Shown one piece after another: positions 26,418-36,298 of a stretch of 64,000 nucleotides of DNA. A program made the position numbers and the translations under genes. The first letter of the stretch is position 1. Each line of letters opens with the position of its first letter. The notes below the pieces were generated by a model that saw only the letters and a program-made list of their open reading frames with translations, was not told the DNA's origin and made no database searches. The stretch is from Candidatus Latescibacterota bacterium (GTDB lineage: Bacteria > Latescibacterota > UBA2968 > UBA8231), in assembly GCA_965242865.1 (NCBI GenBank), contig CBDETK010000013.1, positions 1,984,001 through 2,048,000 of the forward strand. The letters are read 5' to 3'.

Positions 26418-26963
26418 TTATTTTTTTGTCAATATCAAAGTCTCTCCTTTCCATATACGATTGAATGCCCCTTTTCCAATTCTGAGCCTGCCGATGGCTG
26501 GATCCCGCAAGATGACCTCACCGTGTTCGTTGATCTGGTCTAATACCGCAAAGTGGCCATCCTCAACAAAGACTACCGCAGGAAGCGGTTTGCTCTGTAG
26601 GTCATCTATATTTAGCCTCCAAGTTTCAGCATGTACTCCTTGACTTTCAGCGTATTCCATCAACTCGAATAGGGAAGAACCTGTCTCGTCTAATTTAATC
26701 ATGTCTTCAATATCTGTAAGCTCGCGGTTTATACCTAGGCTATCCAAGACCATTTTAAGAGCTACAGGACCACAATTCATCTTACGTGTTTGTAGAATGA
26801 CTCCTTCTGTTCCCTTGTATTCTGCACCTTTCAACCATGCCGCCAAGTTACGGTATATGATTTCACTCGTAATGGATCCGGCGACTAATTGCAAGGTAGC
26901 AGCAAAAAAAATGACTAATACTATTGCTGCTCCAATCGTTAATTTACTTTTCCAAGATGTCAT
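26418..26963 (-). CDS. stand-alone C39-family cysteine peptidase with an N-terminal signal or anchor
   Basis: ILQTRKMNCGPVAL (Gln...Cys), GHFAVL (His), RDPAIG (Asp), F...WKG; no ABC domain. Confidence 0.9.
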   Translation of the reverse strand: MTSWKSKLTIGAAIVLVIFFAATLQLVAGSITSEIIYRNLAAWLKGAEYKGTEGVILQTRKMNCGPVALKMVLDSLGINRELTDIEDMIKLDETGSSLFELMEYAESQGVHAETWRLNIDDLQSKPLPAVVFVEDGHFAVLDQINEHGEVILRDPAIGRLRIGKGAFNRIWKGETLILTKK

Positions 26964-26991
26964 AATTGAAGGTATCTTTTGTGATAGTACA

Positions 26992-29505
26992 CTATAGGGC
27001 TGGTTCTTGAACAGCCTTTATTTTTTTTTCGACTCGGTCAGCGTAGCTATACATATCTATTTCGACGAAAATTTTTGCCGCCATCGTCCACAAGGCGACA
27101 GCTTTTGCTTTTGACTCTTTTTCGGCAGCCACATCTCCCATACCTGTATAGGCAAGTCCCCGTCCCAGTTCGTCTCCGATCCTTTTGCATATAGACAAGG
27201 CTCTACTGTAACAAGATTCGGCTTCACTCCACTGTCCTCTAAGCTGATGTATCTCGCCCAGACTGGAAAGCCCGTAGGCGGTGCCCTTTTCGTCATTCTC
27301 GGCTTCGTATATCCCCAGTGCAGTCTTCTGCTCTTGGTGCGCGTCTTCATATTGTCCGCATTGGATATATACGAGACTTAAAGTAGTTCGGGCTGCTGCA
27401 ATAGTTTGCTGATTAGGCGAGTCTTGAGTGAGACGTAGGTAATTGCATAAGAATTCCTTGGCTTTATCAAATTTTTTACTATGAGCGTACAATTTTCCAA
27501 GCGATAAATAGCACTCAGTCACATCGGACGACATACCTATACGTTCAAATAGACTTATAGAGTGATGCAGGTAGGATTCTGCCAGAGGAAAATCTCCACG
27601 ATAGAAATGTACATTCGCCAGTACCTTATATGAGTACGCTTTTCCCTTTTCATCCGCCAAATTTTGATTAGCCTCTAAGGCAGCTTTGCCGTATTCTAGT
27701 GCTTTTTCCATATTTCCCATTAGAAGGTGTATAGAAGAAGACAATCCATAATGCAATGCCAATCCCCCTTTTCTATCCATCTTTTTATCTATGTCAATAG
27801 CCTGTTCCAGTAAAGTATGTGCTTCGTGGATACGGCCTTGAATTTTTCTTAAATTTGCAAGTGAATTGTACTGGTTAGCAATTCCCTCGGAGTCTCCGAT
27901 TTCTTTGTAAATAGCTAAAGATTCCTCGTAAAGTTTCTCTGCTGAATCCAAGTCGTCTTTTAGAAGATGCACAGTACCCAAGTTGCTGGTAACCAAGGCA
28001 TAATCTTCTCGACAATTTACTTTTTTGTGAAGACTCTGTCCTTTAATATAAAAATCCGCAGCTTCGGCGAGATTTCCTTGTAGCTGCGCGATAAATCCTT
28101 TGCAGGTATATCCTACGGCTAGCTTCCTTGTACTTTCATCATCCTCAGCTTGTGAAAAAATTGATATGGCCTCATCATAACATTGATCTGCCCTGTCTAA
28201 TTCGCCTTTCAGCTCATAAACTTTGCCTTCGGAGATCAGTATGTTAGCCAATCCTGTAGCTGTACTACCCCGAAGACGATTCGCTTCTTTTGCCAATTCG
28301 ATTTGAGATAAGGCGGATTCTAGACGACCGTTCTGCCAGTGCTCGTCAGCAGAGGCTAAAATGATTTCCCATTCTTCGGGATCACCTTGCTGGTCAACTC
28401 GTTCAAATACCTCGCTTTCAGCAGGGCTAAATTTGCAATGAGTAGGAAGCTCGGTATCTAGGTTGAGCTGTGGGAGCACATCCAAGATCTCTTGATACTC
28501 TTTTCTGTCTGCTGCAGAGATGGTTCGGTAGATATGGTCAAATTCAATCAGACTGTCTATAACTGACTCCTCTGGAAGAAAAGGATTAGGCCACAGATGC
28601 GCCCACCAGAAGTGGATCAGACGCACCAAGGGATCGCTATGTTTGCGGGCTATGTACTCAACCGCGGCGTACCGCTTTGTGCTCTCGGCTTTTGCCTTCT
28701 CAGGATCGGAGAAATTATGATGATGGTACAGGTGATAAGAAGAGGCCTGGACACTGATAAATTGTCCACCCGCCGCCCCTAGGCGGTAGCCAAGTTCCCA
28801 CCCTTCACAGAAAGGTATGGCATCATCGAATCCCCCTACTTTTTCTAGCAGCTTTAACGGTATGGCCATATTGTGAGGGTATAATCCAATCCAGCCTAGG
28901 GCCGGTTCTGCGATGGTTTCGTAAAGATCGTGAAATTCCCTCTGCATAGTACGGACTTCTTCAAACGGATAGCCTCCTTCCACTGCTTTTTCGGTAATAC
29001 TCTCGAACTCATTGCACACCATACTCTCTGTGACAATCATCTTATCTCGGTGTAGCTCTAAGCACCGACGCAGTGAATAAGGCAGTGAGGTATCGGCGAG
29101 TGAACCTGTCTGAGGATTTTGGAAATACTCTAGGTCGGGAAGGACATATTGATAGCCACATAATACTGACTTCTGACCATTCTCTTTATAGGCTTCTAAG
29201 TAGCACTGGAGTAGTTCCGGGGCTGGTAATGCATCTCCATCCAAGAAAACGACCAACGAGCCTAGTGCCCGTTCAACCCCTCTATTCCGTGCTCGGCATC
29301 GGCCCTGATTCACTGCAAAACACTCAACTTTGAGGTTATGCATCCTTCGCGATTCGAGCATTGCTCCGGTCCCGTCTGTAGAACCGTCATCAACTACTAC
29401 TATTTCAAAACGATCGCTTGGAATATTCTGATTTTCTAAGCCACTTAACACGAGACGGAGACGGTCTTTCTGGTTATACGTGGCTATGATTACACTTATA
29501 TCCAT
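26992..29505 (-). CDS. GT2 glycosyltransferase fused to a long TPR domain
   Basis: ISVIIATYN, VVDDGSTDGT, ARNRG, FLDGD (DxD), GGFD; about 450 aa of TPR-like repeats; TAATG coupling to the upstream gene gives ATG 29505. Confidence 0.85.
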   Translation of the reverse strand: MDISVIIATYNQKDRLRLVLSGLENQNIPSDRFEIVVVDDGSTDGTGAMLESRRMHNLKVECFAVNQGRCRARNRGVERALGSLVVFLDGDALPAPELLQCYLEAYKENGQKSVLCGYQYVLPDLEYFQNPQTGSLADTSLPYSLRRCLELHRDKMIVTESMVCNEFESITEKAVEGGYPFEEVRTMQREFHDLYETIAEPALGWIGLYPHNMAIPLKLLEKVGGFDDAIPFCEGWELGYRLGAAGGQFISVQASSYHLYHHHNFSDPEKAKAESTKRYAAVEYIARKHSDPLVRLIHFWWAHLWPNPFLPEESVIDSLIEFDHIYRTISAADRKEYQEILDVLPQLNLDTELPTHCKFSPAESEVFERVDQQGDPEEWEIILASADEHWQNGRLESALSQIELAKEANRLRGSTATGLANILISEGKVYELKGELDRADQCYDEAISIFSQAEDDESTRKLAVGYTCKGFIAQLQGNLAEAADFYIKGQSLHKKVNCREDYALVTSNLGTVHLLKDDLDSAEKLYEESLAIYKEIGDSEGIANQYNSLANLRKIQGRIHEAHTLLEQAIDIDKKMDRKGGLALHYGLSSSIHLLMGNMEKALEYGKAALEANQNLADEKGKAYSYKVLANVHFYRGDFPLAESYLHHSISLFERIGMSSDVTECYLSLGKLYAHSKKFDKAKEFLCNYLRLTQDSPNQQTIAAARTTLSLVYIQCGQYEDAHQEQKTALGIYEAENDEKGTAYGLSSLGEIHQLRGQWSEAESCYSRALSICKRIGDELGRGLAYTGMGDVAAEKESKAKAVALWTMAAKIFVEIDMYSYADRVEKKIKAVQEPAL

Positions 29506-31973
29506 TATAGAAACTCCACTCTCAGGTGATATTGGCACTTCAAATTTGAGATATGCTCCCATCCATCCTTACCTTCTATTAGGAAATAAGGTAGCGTCTT
29601 AGCAGAGTTGGAAAACATGAGTCGTTGGTTATCTAAGTGGCCAAAATAGTAGGAATCAAAAGATCGAGTATTTCGCTTTATGTATGTTTTTAGCTTAGGA
29701 TCTTCGACATTGTATTCGGTTATAGAAACTTCGCCGATAGCCATACTGAGGAATTCGACGGGTATCCAGCCCGCTTCTTCTAGATAAATTTCGGCCCACG
29801 TGTGGCCTACTATAGGCTCGTCTATACTTCTGTATTCGTACACCTGTTCAGAAATTGGGAATCCCAACAAGGTTCCACATCTCTCGCGAGCAGGAATACC
29901 GACCATTCTACATAGAGCTATAAAGGTTCTGGCAAAGTGAATACAATTGCCACCGATGTTATTCAGCAAAACAGCCGAACTATCAGCTAGACCCATCGCA
30001 GGTATCTTAGTCTTTCTGAATTTTTTAGTTCTGATTAACTTGCTGTAGAAGGCCCAGGCCAGTTCTTTTTTGTCGCAGGGCGCGGATGCTTCGAGTATCT
30101 CGGAAAGCACTTGCTCCAGTTCTGGCAGTTTGCCTAAAATTTCGTCGGTATATAAATATTTCGATCTCTCCCAGTCCGAAAGGATGTACTCGCCTCTACC
30201 TTTAGCATTATACTCACTGACCTCAAGTTCACAAGTATATGAAAAATTTGCCGAATTTGAGTTTACAGTGAAAGGATATGCATAGAAGAAGCCAAACTTG
30301 CTGCGTAAACAGTGTCTCATATTCTCTGGAAAACAGTCGATTAGACTAACTGCCTTTTGTTCTTTTGTCTCCAAAGGGTATGGCATAAAAACCCTTAACT
30401 GTTGATCTGGTTTTTCAGTAAAATCTATGTCGTAAGAGTAGGTTATTCTGTAACGTTGGGTATGATATTTTGAACGTACGTTGCCTATTTCGTCTATATC
30501 GAAAAAGACACGTCGTCTTTGATCACAGGCCTTGTACTCAGCCTCAAAAAATCGAGCTTCTCTTTCGTAGAGCCAATTCCAAGAGTCTATTTTGTCGAAG
30601 AAGTACTGATTGCCCTGTCGCCAGTGAGGTATCCCTTTTTTAATACCTTGCCGTAGCATTTTATGTAGTGATTCCATTGATAGAGTGGAAGGAGTAGTGC
30701 CATCGAGTTGCTGTAAGAATTCGTTTTCACTTACTAGAAATTTAGGATCGAAACTGAGTGCCGTGTACCGGTTCGTAAAATAATCATCTACCCAGTCTGC
30801 AACGACATCTCTTGCACACCATCGATTCAATAAATTGGCAAGAGCTTCCAATTGAATCTCCATCTTATCCCAGACACCGAGAGTTTTCCTTAGTATTTGT
30901 GTAATATTGTGATAACTAAATCTATCTGGATCTATTTTTAGGCCCAAATTAACCTCTTCGAGTCTATCGAGATGAAGCTCCTGATCTAAAGTGGTTGCTA
31001 TACCGATAGGCAAAACTCCATGAAGCAAAGCACTATATAGGGTCTCTATATCTAAATCTCCAACTATTACATGTATCCTTTCCCATGGCGGCTCTCTATA
31101 GATTCCATTCTCTACATGGCTGTCAGGCCGCTTTACTCCTCTGGTAGATTCTACTAGTAAACGATAAGGGAGTTCCACTCCAGATGCATCCTGTCTCAGT
31201 ATATCTTCTTTTAGGAGATTTTGGGGATCTTTTATATAGATGACAGGGAATGATCCATCCCGTTTGCGAAGCACCTTTCGTTTGCCTCTCTTTTTATCGG
31301 TAGTCGGCAAGAGGGGCCCTATGTAGTGGAACCCGTCAGCACCGAAATCTAGCGTGGGATATAGTTCGGGTATATCGGCGATTAGATAGTACTTATTCTT
31401 CTTCTTGATTTCGCCAGCTTTGTTTTTTAAGTACTCTGCAAACGTGTCTCTTGATGATAGAACAGATAGAGTCTGAAGAGGGATACGATAGCCTAGGCGA
31501 TCGTATCCTTGAATTACTTCAGCTTCGTCAATACCTTCCAAGTGTGCTGCAATTGAAGCAGTTGGTTTCAAGGAATGTATAATTAGATCAGGCTTATACT
31601 CCTCAATCAAAGACCGTTCGGATTCTACGCAAGAGTCGATCCATTCCGTATCACATGCTCTATAGTCCAATAGCTCAATCTGGTCTCTGTGAATCTCTAG
31701 CGGCAGCGTTTTAACACTGCATATTTCTTCTCCTTTTTGGAAACATTGCTCCGCCCAAGGTCCATCTCCTGCCAGCCGAACCTCATAGCCTCGGCGACGT
31801 AATTGTCGGGCAATCTCACAAGCTCGCCTAGTATGAACAGCACTACAACCATGGAACAGGACCATAATAGACAATGCGCTACGGTCTAATATACTGGTTT
31901 CCGATGCTCTTCTGAGGCTACTGCTCCACCACAATAACCTTGACACTAATTTTTCTCTGATAGATGTACGCAA
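29505..31973 (-). CDS. GT-B-fold glycosyltransferase-like domain fused to a transglutaminase-like domain
   Basis: N-terminal HTRRACEIARQLRRRGYEV, YKPDLII, YIGPL, ALLHGV..I....DQ; C-terminal GNCIHFARTFIALCRMVGIPAR...GHTWAEIYLEEAGWIPVE; AGAGG RBS before TTG. Confidence 0.75.
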   Translation of the reverse strand: MRTSIREKLVSRLLWWSSSLRRASETSILDRSALSIMVLFHGCSAVHTRRACEIARQLRRRGYEVRLAGDGPWAEQCFQKGEEICSVKTLPLEIHRDQIELLDYRACDTEWIDSCVESERSLIEEYKPDLIIHSLKPTASIAAHLEGIDEAEVIQGYDRLGYRIPLQTLSVLSSRDTFAEYLKNKAGEIKKKNKYYLIADIPELYPTLDFGADGFHYIGPLLPTTDKKRGKRKVLRKRDGSFPVIYIKDPQNLLKEDILRQDASGVELPYRLLVESTRGVKRPDSHVENGIYREPPWERIHVIVGDLDIETLYSALLHGVLPIGIATTLDQELHLDRLEEVNLGLKIDPDRFSYHNITQILRKTLGVWDKMEIQLEALANLLNRWCARDVVADWVDDYFTNRYTALSFDPKFLVSENEFLQQLDGTTPSTLSMESLHKMLRQGIKKGIPHWRQGNQYFFDKIDSWNWLYEREARFFEAEYKACDQRRRVFFDIDEIGNVRSKYHTQRYRITYSYDIDFTEKPDQQLRVFMPYPLETKEQKAVSLIDCFPENMRHCLRSKFGFFYAYPFTVNSNSANFSYTCELEVSEYNAKGRGEYILSDWERSKYLYTDEILGKLPELEQVLSEILEASAPCDKKELAWAFYSKLIRTKKFRKTKIPAMGLADSSAVLLNNIGGNCIHFARTFIALCRMVGIPARERCGTLLGFPISEQVYEYRSIDEPIVGHTWAEIYLEEAGWIPVEFLSMAIGEVSITEYNVEDPKLKTYIKRNTRSFDSYYFGHLDNQRLMFSNSAKTLPYFLIEGKDGWEHISNLKCQYHLRVEFL

Positions 31974-32097
31974 TTGAAATATACCTCTGGTTGAATGATC
32001 TGGCTAGAAACGGCAGCAACAGCCGGCAATTCTGTTTGCCCCCATGTTTTAGAACCTGCTGATGGTGAAGCACGGCTGAGGCTTCGGCGGGAATAAA

Positions 32098-32114
32098 AGC
32101 GAAAAGCGTGCCGA
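32098..32114 (-). promoter_or_regulatory. sigma-54 (-24/-12) promoter candidate for the precursor operon
   Basis: Minus strand TCGGCACGCTTTTCGCT has GG-N10-GC with a GGCACG core, about 125 nt upstream of the first gene. Confidence 0.55.
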
Positions 32115-32153
32115 AAAGCACGCCAGATAAACTGAGCCATCGGCTGATATTCT

Positions 32154-32180
32154 CTAAGTCCTTGAAATCAGGCGAGTTAG
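32154..32180. promoter_or_regulatory. IHF-like site / imperfect palindrome
   Basis: CTAAGTCCTTGAAATCAGGCGAGTTAG; TAAGTCCTTGAAA is one mismatch from TAANNNNTTGATW. Confidence 0.45.
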
Positions 32181-32308
32181 CTAATTCCGATTTTTTATTG
32201 CCGCCGCTGCCGCCCAACCAGTCAACACGTCAAAGCGTATCCCCTCTGAAACACTACCGTTTCCAAGCGTTACAAAAAGTCGCCGCCTTGGCCCCGGTCG
32301 ATAGTTGA

Positions 32309-32337
32309 TTGACAACTGCATTTATGTTCACTATATT
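32309..32337 (+). promoter_or_regulatory. sigma-70 promoter of parEC
   Basis: TTGACA-N17-TATATT. Confidence 0.7.
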
Positions 32338-32485
32338 AGACAAACGGAGTAAATTAGCAGCCGCACCCAAGAGAGCGAATCCCCTGCTTCTGTTTTCTCC
32401 GCATTTAAGCGTCCCCACTGTCCGCCAGTCGCGTCCTTTCCCCACAGAGCGCGGCGCGTTCTACATTAACCCTTTTATGAAAGCA

Positions 32486-34309
32486 ATGGCTAAAACTGCA
32501 ACCAATGGCCACGCCAACGGCAAGGCCACGTACGACGAAAGCAAGATCAAGACCCTCTCTTCACTCGAGCACATCCGCCTGCGGACCGGCATGTACATCG
32601 GTCGGCTCGGCTCGGGCGACGACCCCGACGACGGCATCTATATATTGCTTAAGGAGGTCATCGACAACGCAGTCGATGAGTTCATCATGGGCTGTGGCAA
32701 GCAGATCGATGTCGAAATCGACGAGGGGCGGGTCAAGGTCCGCGACTATGGCCGCGGCATTCCCCTCGGCAAAGTCGTCGAGTGCGTCTCGGTCATCAAC
32801 ACCGGGGCCAAATACAACGACGATGTCTTCCAATTCAGCGTAGGGCTCAACGGCGTCGGCACCAAGGCCGTCAACGCGCTTTCCGCCCACTTCGTCGTCC
32901 GTTCCTACCGCGACGGCCGGTGCGCCGAAGTGCTCTTTGAGCGCGGCGAGCTAAAAAAGCAAAAGAAGAGCCGAGCACCCAACGCGCCCGACGGCACGTA
33001 CGTCGAGTTTTTGCCCGATCCCGTCATCTTTGGCGAATGCGCCTTCAACCACGAATTCGTCGAGCGCCGGATGTGGAACTACGCCTGCCTCAACCGGGGC
33101 CTGCGCCTGTACTTCAACCGCCAAAAATTTGAATCCAAACGGGGCCTTTTCGACCTCCTCAACAGCGAAGCCGGCGACTCAGTGCTCTACCCGCCCGCTT
33201 ACTACAAGGGCCAGTATCTCGAATTTGCCTTCACGCACGTCGATAGCTACGGCGAGTCCTACCGCTCCTTTGTCAACGGCCAGTACACGGCCGACGGCGG
33301 CACCCACCAGAGCGCGTTCCGCGAGGGGGTGCTCAAGGGCGTCAACGAATTTTACAAGAAAACCTTCAACGGCGTTGATGTCCGCGATGGGGCCTTTGGC
33401 GTCGTCGCCGTCAAGGTCAAGGAGCCGGTTTTTGAGTCGCAGACCAAAAACAAGCTGGGCAATACCGACGTCCGCAGTTGGATCGTCAACCAGACCCGCG
33501 AGGCCATCGTCGATTTCCTCCACAAAAATCGAGAGACCGCGCAAAAGCTCGAAGGGCGCATTATCCACAACGAGAAGCTGCGCAAGGAGCTAAACGCGGT
33601 TAAAAAGGAAGCCAAGGAGGCGGCGCGCCGCATCGAGATCAAGATCCCCCAGCTCAAGGATTGCAAGTTTCACAAAGGCGACGACAAGCGCGGCGAAGAG
33701 TCCATGATCTTCATCGCCGAGGGTCAATCGGCGGCCGGCTCCATCGTCTCCTCGCGCGACCCGGAAACCCAAGCCATCTTCACGCTCAAGGGCAAGCCGC
33801 AAAACCTCTGCGGCAAAACCCGCGCCTCCATCTACAAAAACGAAGAGCTATACAACATGATGATGGCACTGGGCATTGAGGAGGACGTGGAAAATCTGCG
33901 CTACGACCGCGTCGTCTTGGCCACAGACGCCGACGAAGACGGCTTCCACATCCGCACCTTGCTCATGACTTTCTTCCTCACGTACTTTGAGGAGCTGGTC
34001 ACCAGTGGCCACCTCTACATTTTGGAGACCCCGCTCTTCCGGGTCCGCAACAAGCGACAGACCCTCTACTGCTACGACCAGCGCGAGCGCGAGCGCGCCG
34101 AGCACCGGCTCAAGGGCAGCGTCGAGATCACTCGCTTCAAGGGCTTGGGCGAAATCTCCCCCAAAGAATTCGGGCAGTTTATCAACGGCGACATGCGCTT
34201 GGTCAAGGTCGCCGTGCGCTCGCTAGACACCGTGCCGCAGACCCTCTCCTTTTACATGGGCAGAAACACCCCGGAACGCCGCGATTACATCATGGAGCAC
34301 TTAGTCTAA
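32486..34309 (+). CDS. parE: DNA topoisomerase IV subunit B
   Basis: LEHIRLRTGMYIG, EVIDNAVDE, DYGRGIP, GLNGVG, AEGQSA, TDADEDG, RFKGLGE; short form without the GyrB insert; start at ATG 32477 or 32486. Confidence 0.85.
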   Translation: MAKTATNGHANGKATYDESKIKTLSSLEHIRLRTGMYIGRLGSGDDPDDGIYILLKEVIDNAVDEFIMGCGKQIDVEIDEGRVKVRDYGRGIPLGKVVECVSVINTGAKYNDDVFQFSVGLNGVGTKAVNALSAHFVVRSYRDGRCAEVLFERGELKKQKKSRAPNAPDGTYVEFLPDPVIFGECAFNHEFVERRMWNYACLNRGLRLYFNRQKFESKRGLFDLLNSEAGDSVLYPPAYYKGQYLEFAFTHVDSYGESYRSFVNGQYTADGGTHQSAFREGVLKGVNEFYKKTFNGVDVRDGAFGVVAVKVKEPVFESQTKNKLGNTDVRSWIVNQTREAIVDFLHKNRETAQKLEGRIIHNEKLRKELNAVKKEAKEAARRIEIKIPQLKDCKFHKGDDKRGEESMIFIAEGQSAAGSIVSSRDPETQAIFTLKGKPQNLCGKTRASIYKNEELYNMMMALGIEEDVENLRYDRVVLATDADEDGFHIRTLLMTFFLTYFEELVTSGHLYILETPLFRVRNKRQTLYCYDQRERERAEHRLKGSVEITRFKGLGEISPKEFGQFINGDMRLVKVAVRSLDTVPQTLSFYMGRNTPERRDYIMEHLV

Positions 34310-36198
34310 TGGCCTATATCGACCACTTATACGAGAGCTACTTCCTCAAATACGCCTCGTACTACATTAAGGATCGCGCCATCCCACACCTCGACGACGG
34401 GCTTAAGCCCGTCCAGCGGCGCATCCTCTACGCGCTCCAGCAGATTGACGACGGCAAATTCCACAAGGTCGCCAATGTAGTCGGCCAAACCATGCAGTAC
34501 CACCCGCACGGCGACCAGTCGATTTACGGCGCCTTAGTCGTCCTCGCCAACAAGGACCTTTTCATCGAGAAACAGGGCAATTTCGGCAACATCTACACGG
34601 GCGACGAAGCCGCGGCCGCGCGCTATATCGAGTGCCGCCTCACGCCCTTGGCCAAGGAAGCCCTGTTCAACAAATCGCTTACTCCCTACGTCCCTTCGTA
34701 CGACGGGCGCAACGAAGAACCCGTGGTTTTTCCCGCCAAGCTCCCGGTGCTCCTCGCCCAAGGGGCCGAGGGCATTGCCATCGGCATGGCCACCAAAATT
34801 CTGCCGCACAACCTCGTCGAGCTCCTACAAGCCCAAGTCGCATACCTACAAGACCGGCCCTTTGCCATTCACCCGGATTTTCCCACCGGCGGGTTGGCCG
34901 ACCTTTCGGAGTACAACGACGGCAACGGCAAGGTCTTAGTCCGCGCCCGGCTCGACGCTTCCGACCCCAAGCGCATCCTCATCCGCGAGATTCCCTTCGG
35001 CACCACCACCGAACAACTCATCGCTTCCATAGAAGACGCGGCGCGCAAAAACAAGATCAAGATCGGCACCATCAGCGACTACACGGCCGAAGAGGTTGAG
35101 ATCGAAATCAAACTGCCGCGCGGCACGTACACCGAAGAGATCGTGGATGCGCTCTACGCCTTCACGGACTGCGAGACGTCGATTTCGACCCACCTGATGC
35201 TGATCAACCAGCAGGACAAGCCCCAAGTCATGAGCGCGACCGAAGTCTTGCAGCACAACGTCGATCGCCTCGTCGATATCCTCAAGGCCGAGCTGCACCT
35301 CGAATCCGACCAACTCAACGACCGGCTCCACGCCCGGACCTTGGAGCAGATTTTCATTGCCAACCGCGTGTACGAGGCCATTGAGAGCGAAGCCTCCTCC
35401 GAGCAGATCGCCGAGGCCGTACGGGCGGGGCTTGTGCCGTTTGCCGCCCAAATCAAACGCGCCGTCACGGCCGACGACATCGACGCCTTGCTCGCCATAC
35501 CAATCCGCCGCATCTCGCTCTACGACACCAACCGCGCCCAAAAGGAAATGGCCCAGATCCGCGGCCGGCTGCGCGAGATCAAGGGCCATTTAGACGGCAT
35601 CATCCCCTACGCCATTTCCTTTCTCCAAGACCTGATTAGCCGCTACCGCAGCCAGTTCCCGCGCCGCACCAAAATCGTGGAGCTCAAAAGAGTCGACGCT
35701 CGCTCGGCAGCCAACCGCAACCTCAAGCTCCGCTACGACAAAAAGACTGGCTATCTCGGCCATCAAATCAACGGCCCGGCCCTGTTCGACGTATCGCTCT
35801 ACGACAACGTACTCGCCATCCGCAAGGACGGCTCGTACTCGGTCGTCCAAGCGCCGGACAAGCTCTTCGTCGGCAAGGGCTTGCTCCACTGCGGCTTGGT
35901 CGATAAGGACCTAATTTTTAGCATCGTCTATAAGGACAAGGCCGGTGCCTCCTACATCAAGCGCTGCACAATTGACAAATTCATCTTAGGCCGCAGCTAT
36001 GAGCTAGTCCCGGCCGAGTGCAAGGTCCTCAAGCTGACGACCGACTCCGACAAAAAGATCGCCCTCGACTACAAGCCCAAGCCGCGCCTCCGCAAGCTCA
36101 ACGAGGTATTCCCCATCGGCCAATATCCCGTGCGTGGACACCGCGCCGGCGGCATTCGCCTGACGACCAAGGAACTAGCCGGGTGTAAGCTGGTGTGA
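34309..36198 (+). CDS. parC: DNA topoisomerase IV subunit A
   Basis: [30 protein letters not shown] (catalytic Tyr); short CTD with no GyrA box seen; TAATG coupling. Confidence 0.85.
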   Translation: MAYIDHLYESYFLKYASYYIKDRAIPHLDDGLKPVQRRILYALQQIDDGKFHKVANVVGQTMQYHPHGDQSIYGALVVLANKDLFIEKQGNFGNIYTGDEAAAARYIECRLTPLAKEALFNKSLTPYVPSYDGRNEEPVVFPAKLPVLLAQGAEGIAIGMATKILPHNLVELLQAQVAYLQDRPFAIHPDFPTGGLADLSEYNDGNGKVLVRARLDASDPKRILIREIPFGTTTEQLIASIEDAARKNKIKIGTISDYTAEEVEIEIKLPRGTYTEEIVDALYAFTDCETSISTHLMLINQQDKPQVMSATEVLQHNVDRLVDILKAELHLESDQLNDRLHARTLEQIFIANRVYEAIESEASSEQIAEAVRAGLVPFAAQIKRAVTADDIDALLAIPIRRISLYDTNRAQKEMAQIRGRLREIKGHLDGIIPYAISFLQDLISRYRSQFPRRTKIVELKRVDARSAANRNLKLRYDKKTGYLGHQINGPALFDVSLYDNVLAIRKDGSYSVVQAPDKLFVGKGLLHCGLVDKDLIFSIVYKDKAGASYIKRCTIDKFILGRSYELVPAECKVLKLTTDSDKKIALDYKPKPRLRKLNEVFPIGQYPVRGHRAGGIRLTTKELAGCKLV

Positions 36199-36298
36199 GC
36201 GGCCCTCAGCCGCTGCACTAATTCATATTCTACGCTGTTAGATATTTGGCTATATTACCGGCAGTAGGCTCATTATCAACCCTATTTTTCCTAAGAAA

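Noticed and set aside
26418-26963. FapD of a functional-amyloid operon
   Set aside because: No FapB/C-like repeat proteins or FapF barrel nearby; the neighbour is a GG-leader peptide.
26087-29505. Calling the cluster a canonical glycocin (sublancin-type) locus
   Set aside because: The core has no cysteines, and there is no PCAT or Bdb oxidoreductase. Only the GT2-TPR architecture is shared.
32486-36198. gyrB/gyrA
   Set aside because: The short subunits, the AAARYIE motif and the absence of a visible GyrA box fit the FCB/Chlamydia-type ParE/ParC better.
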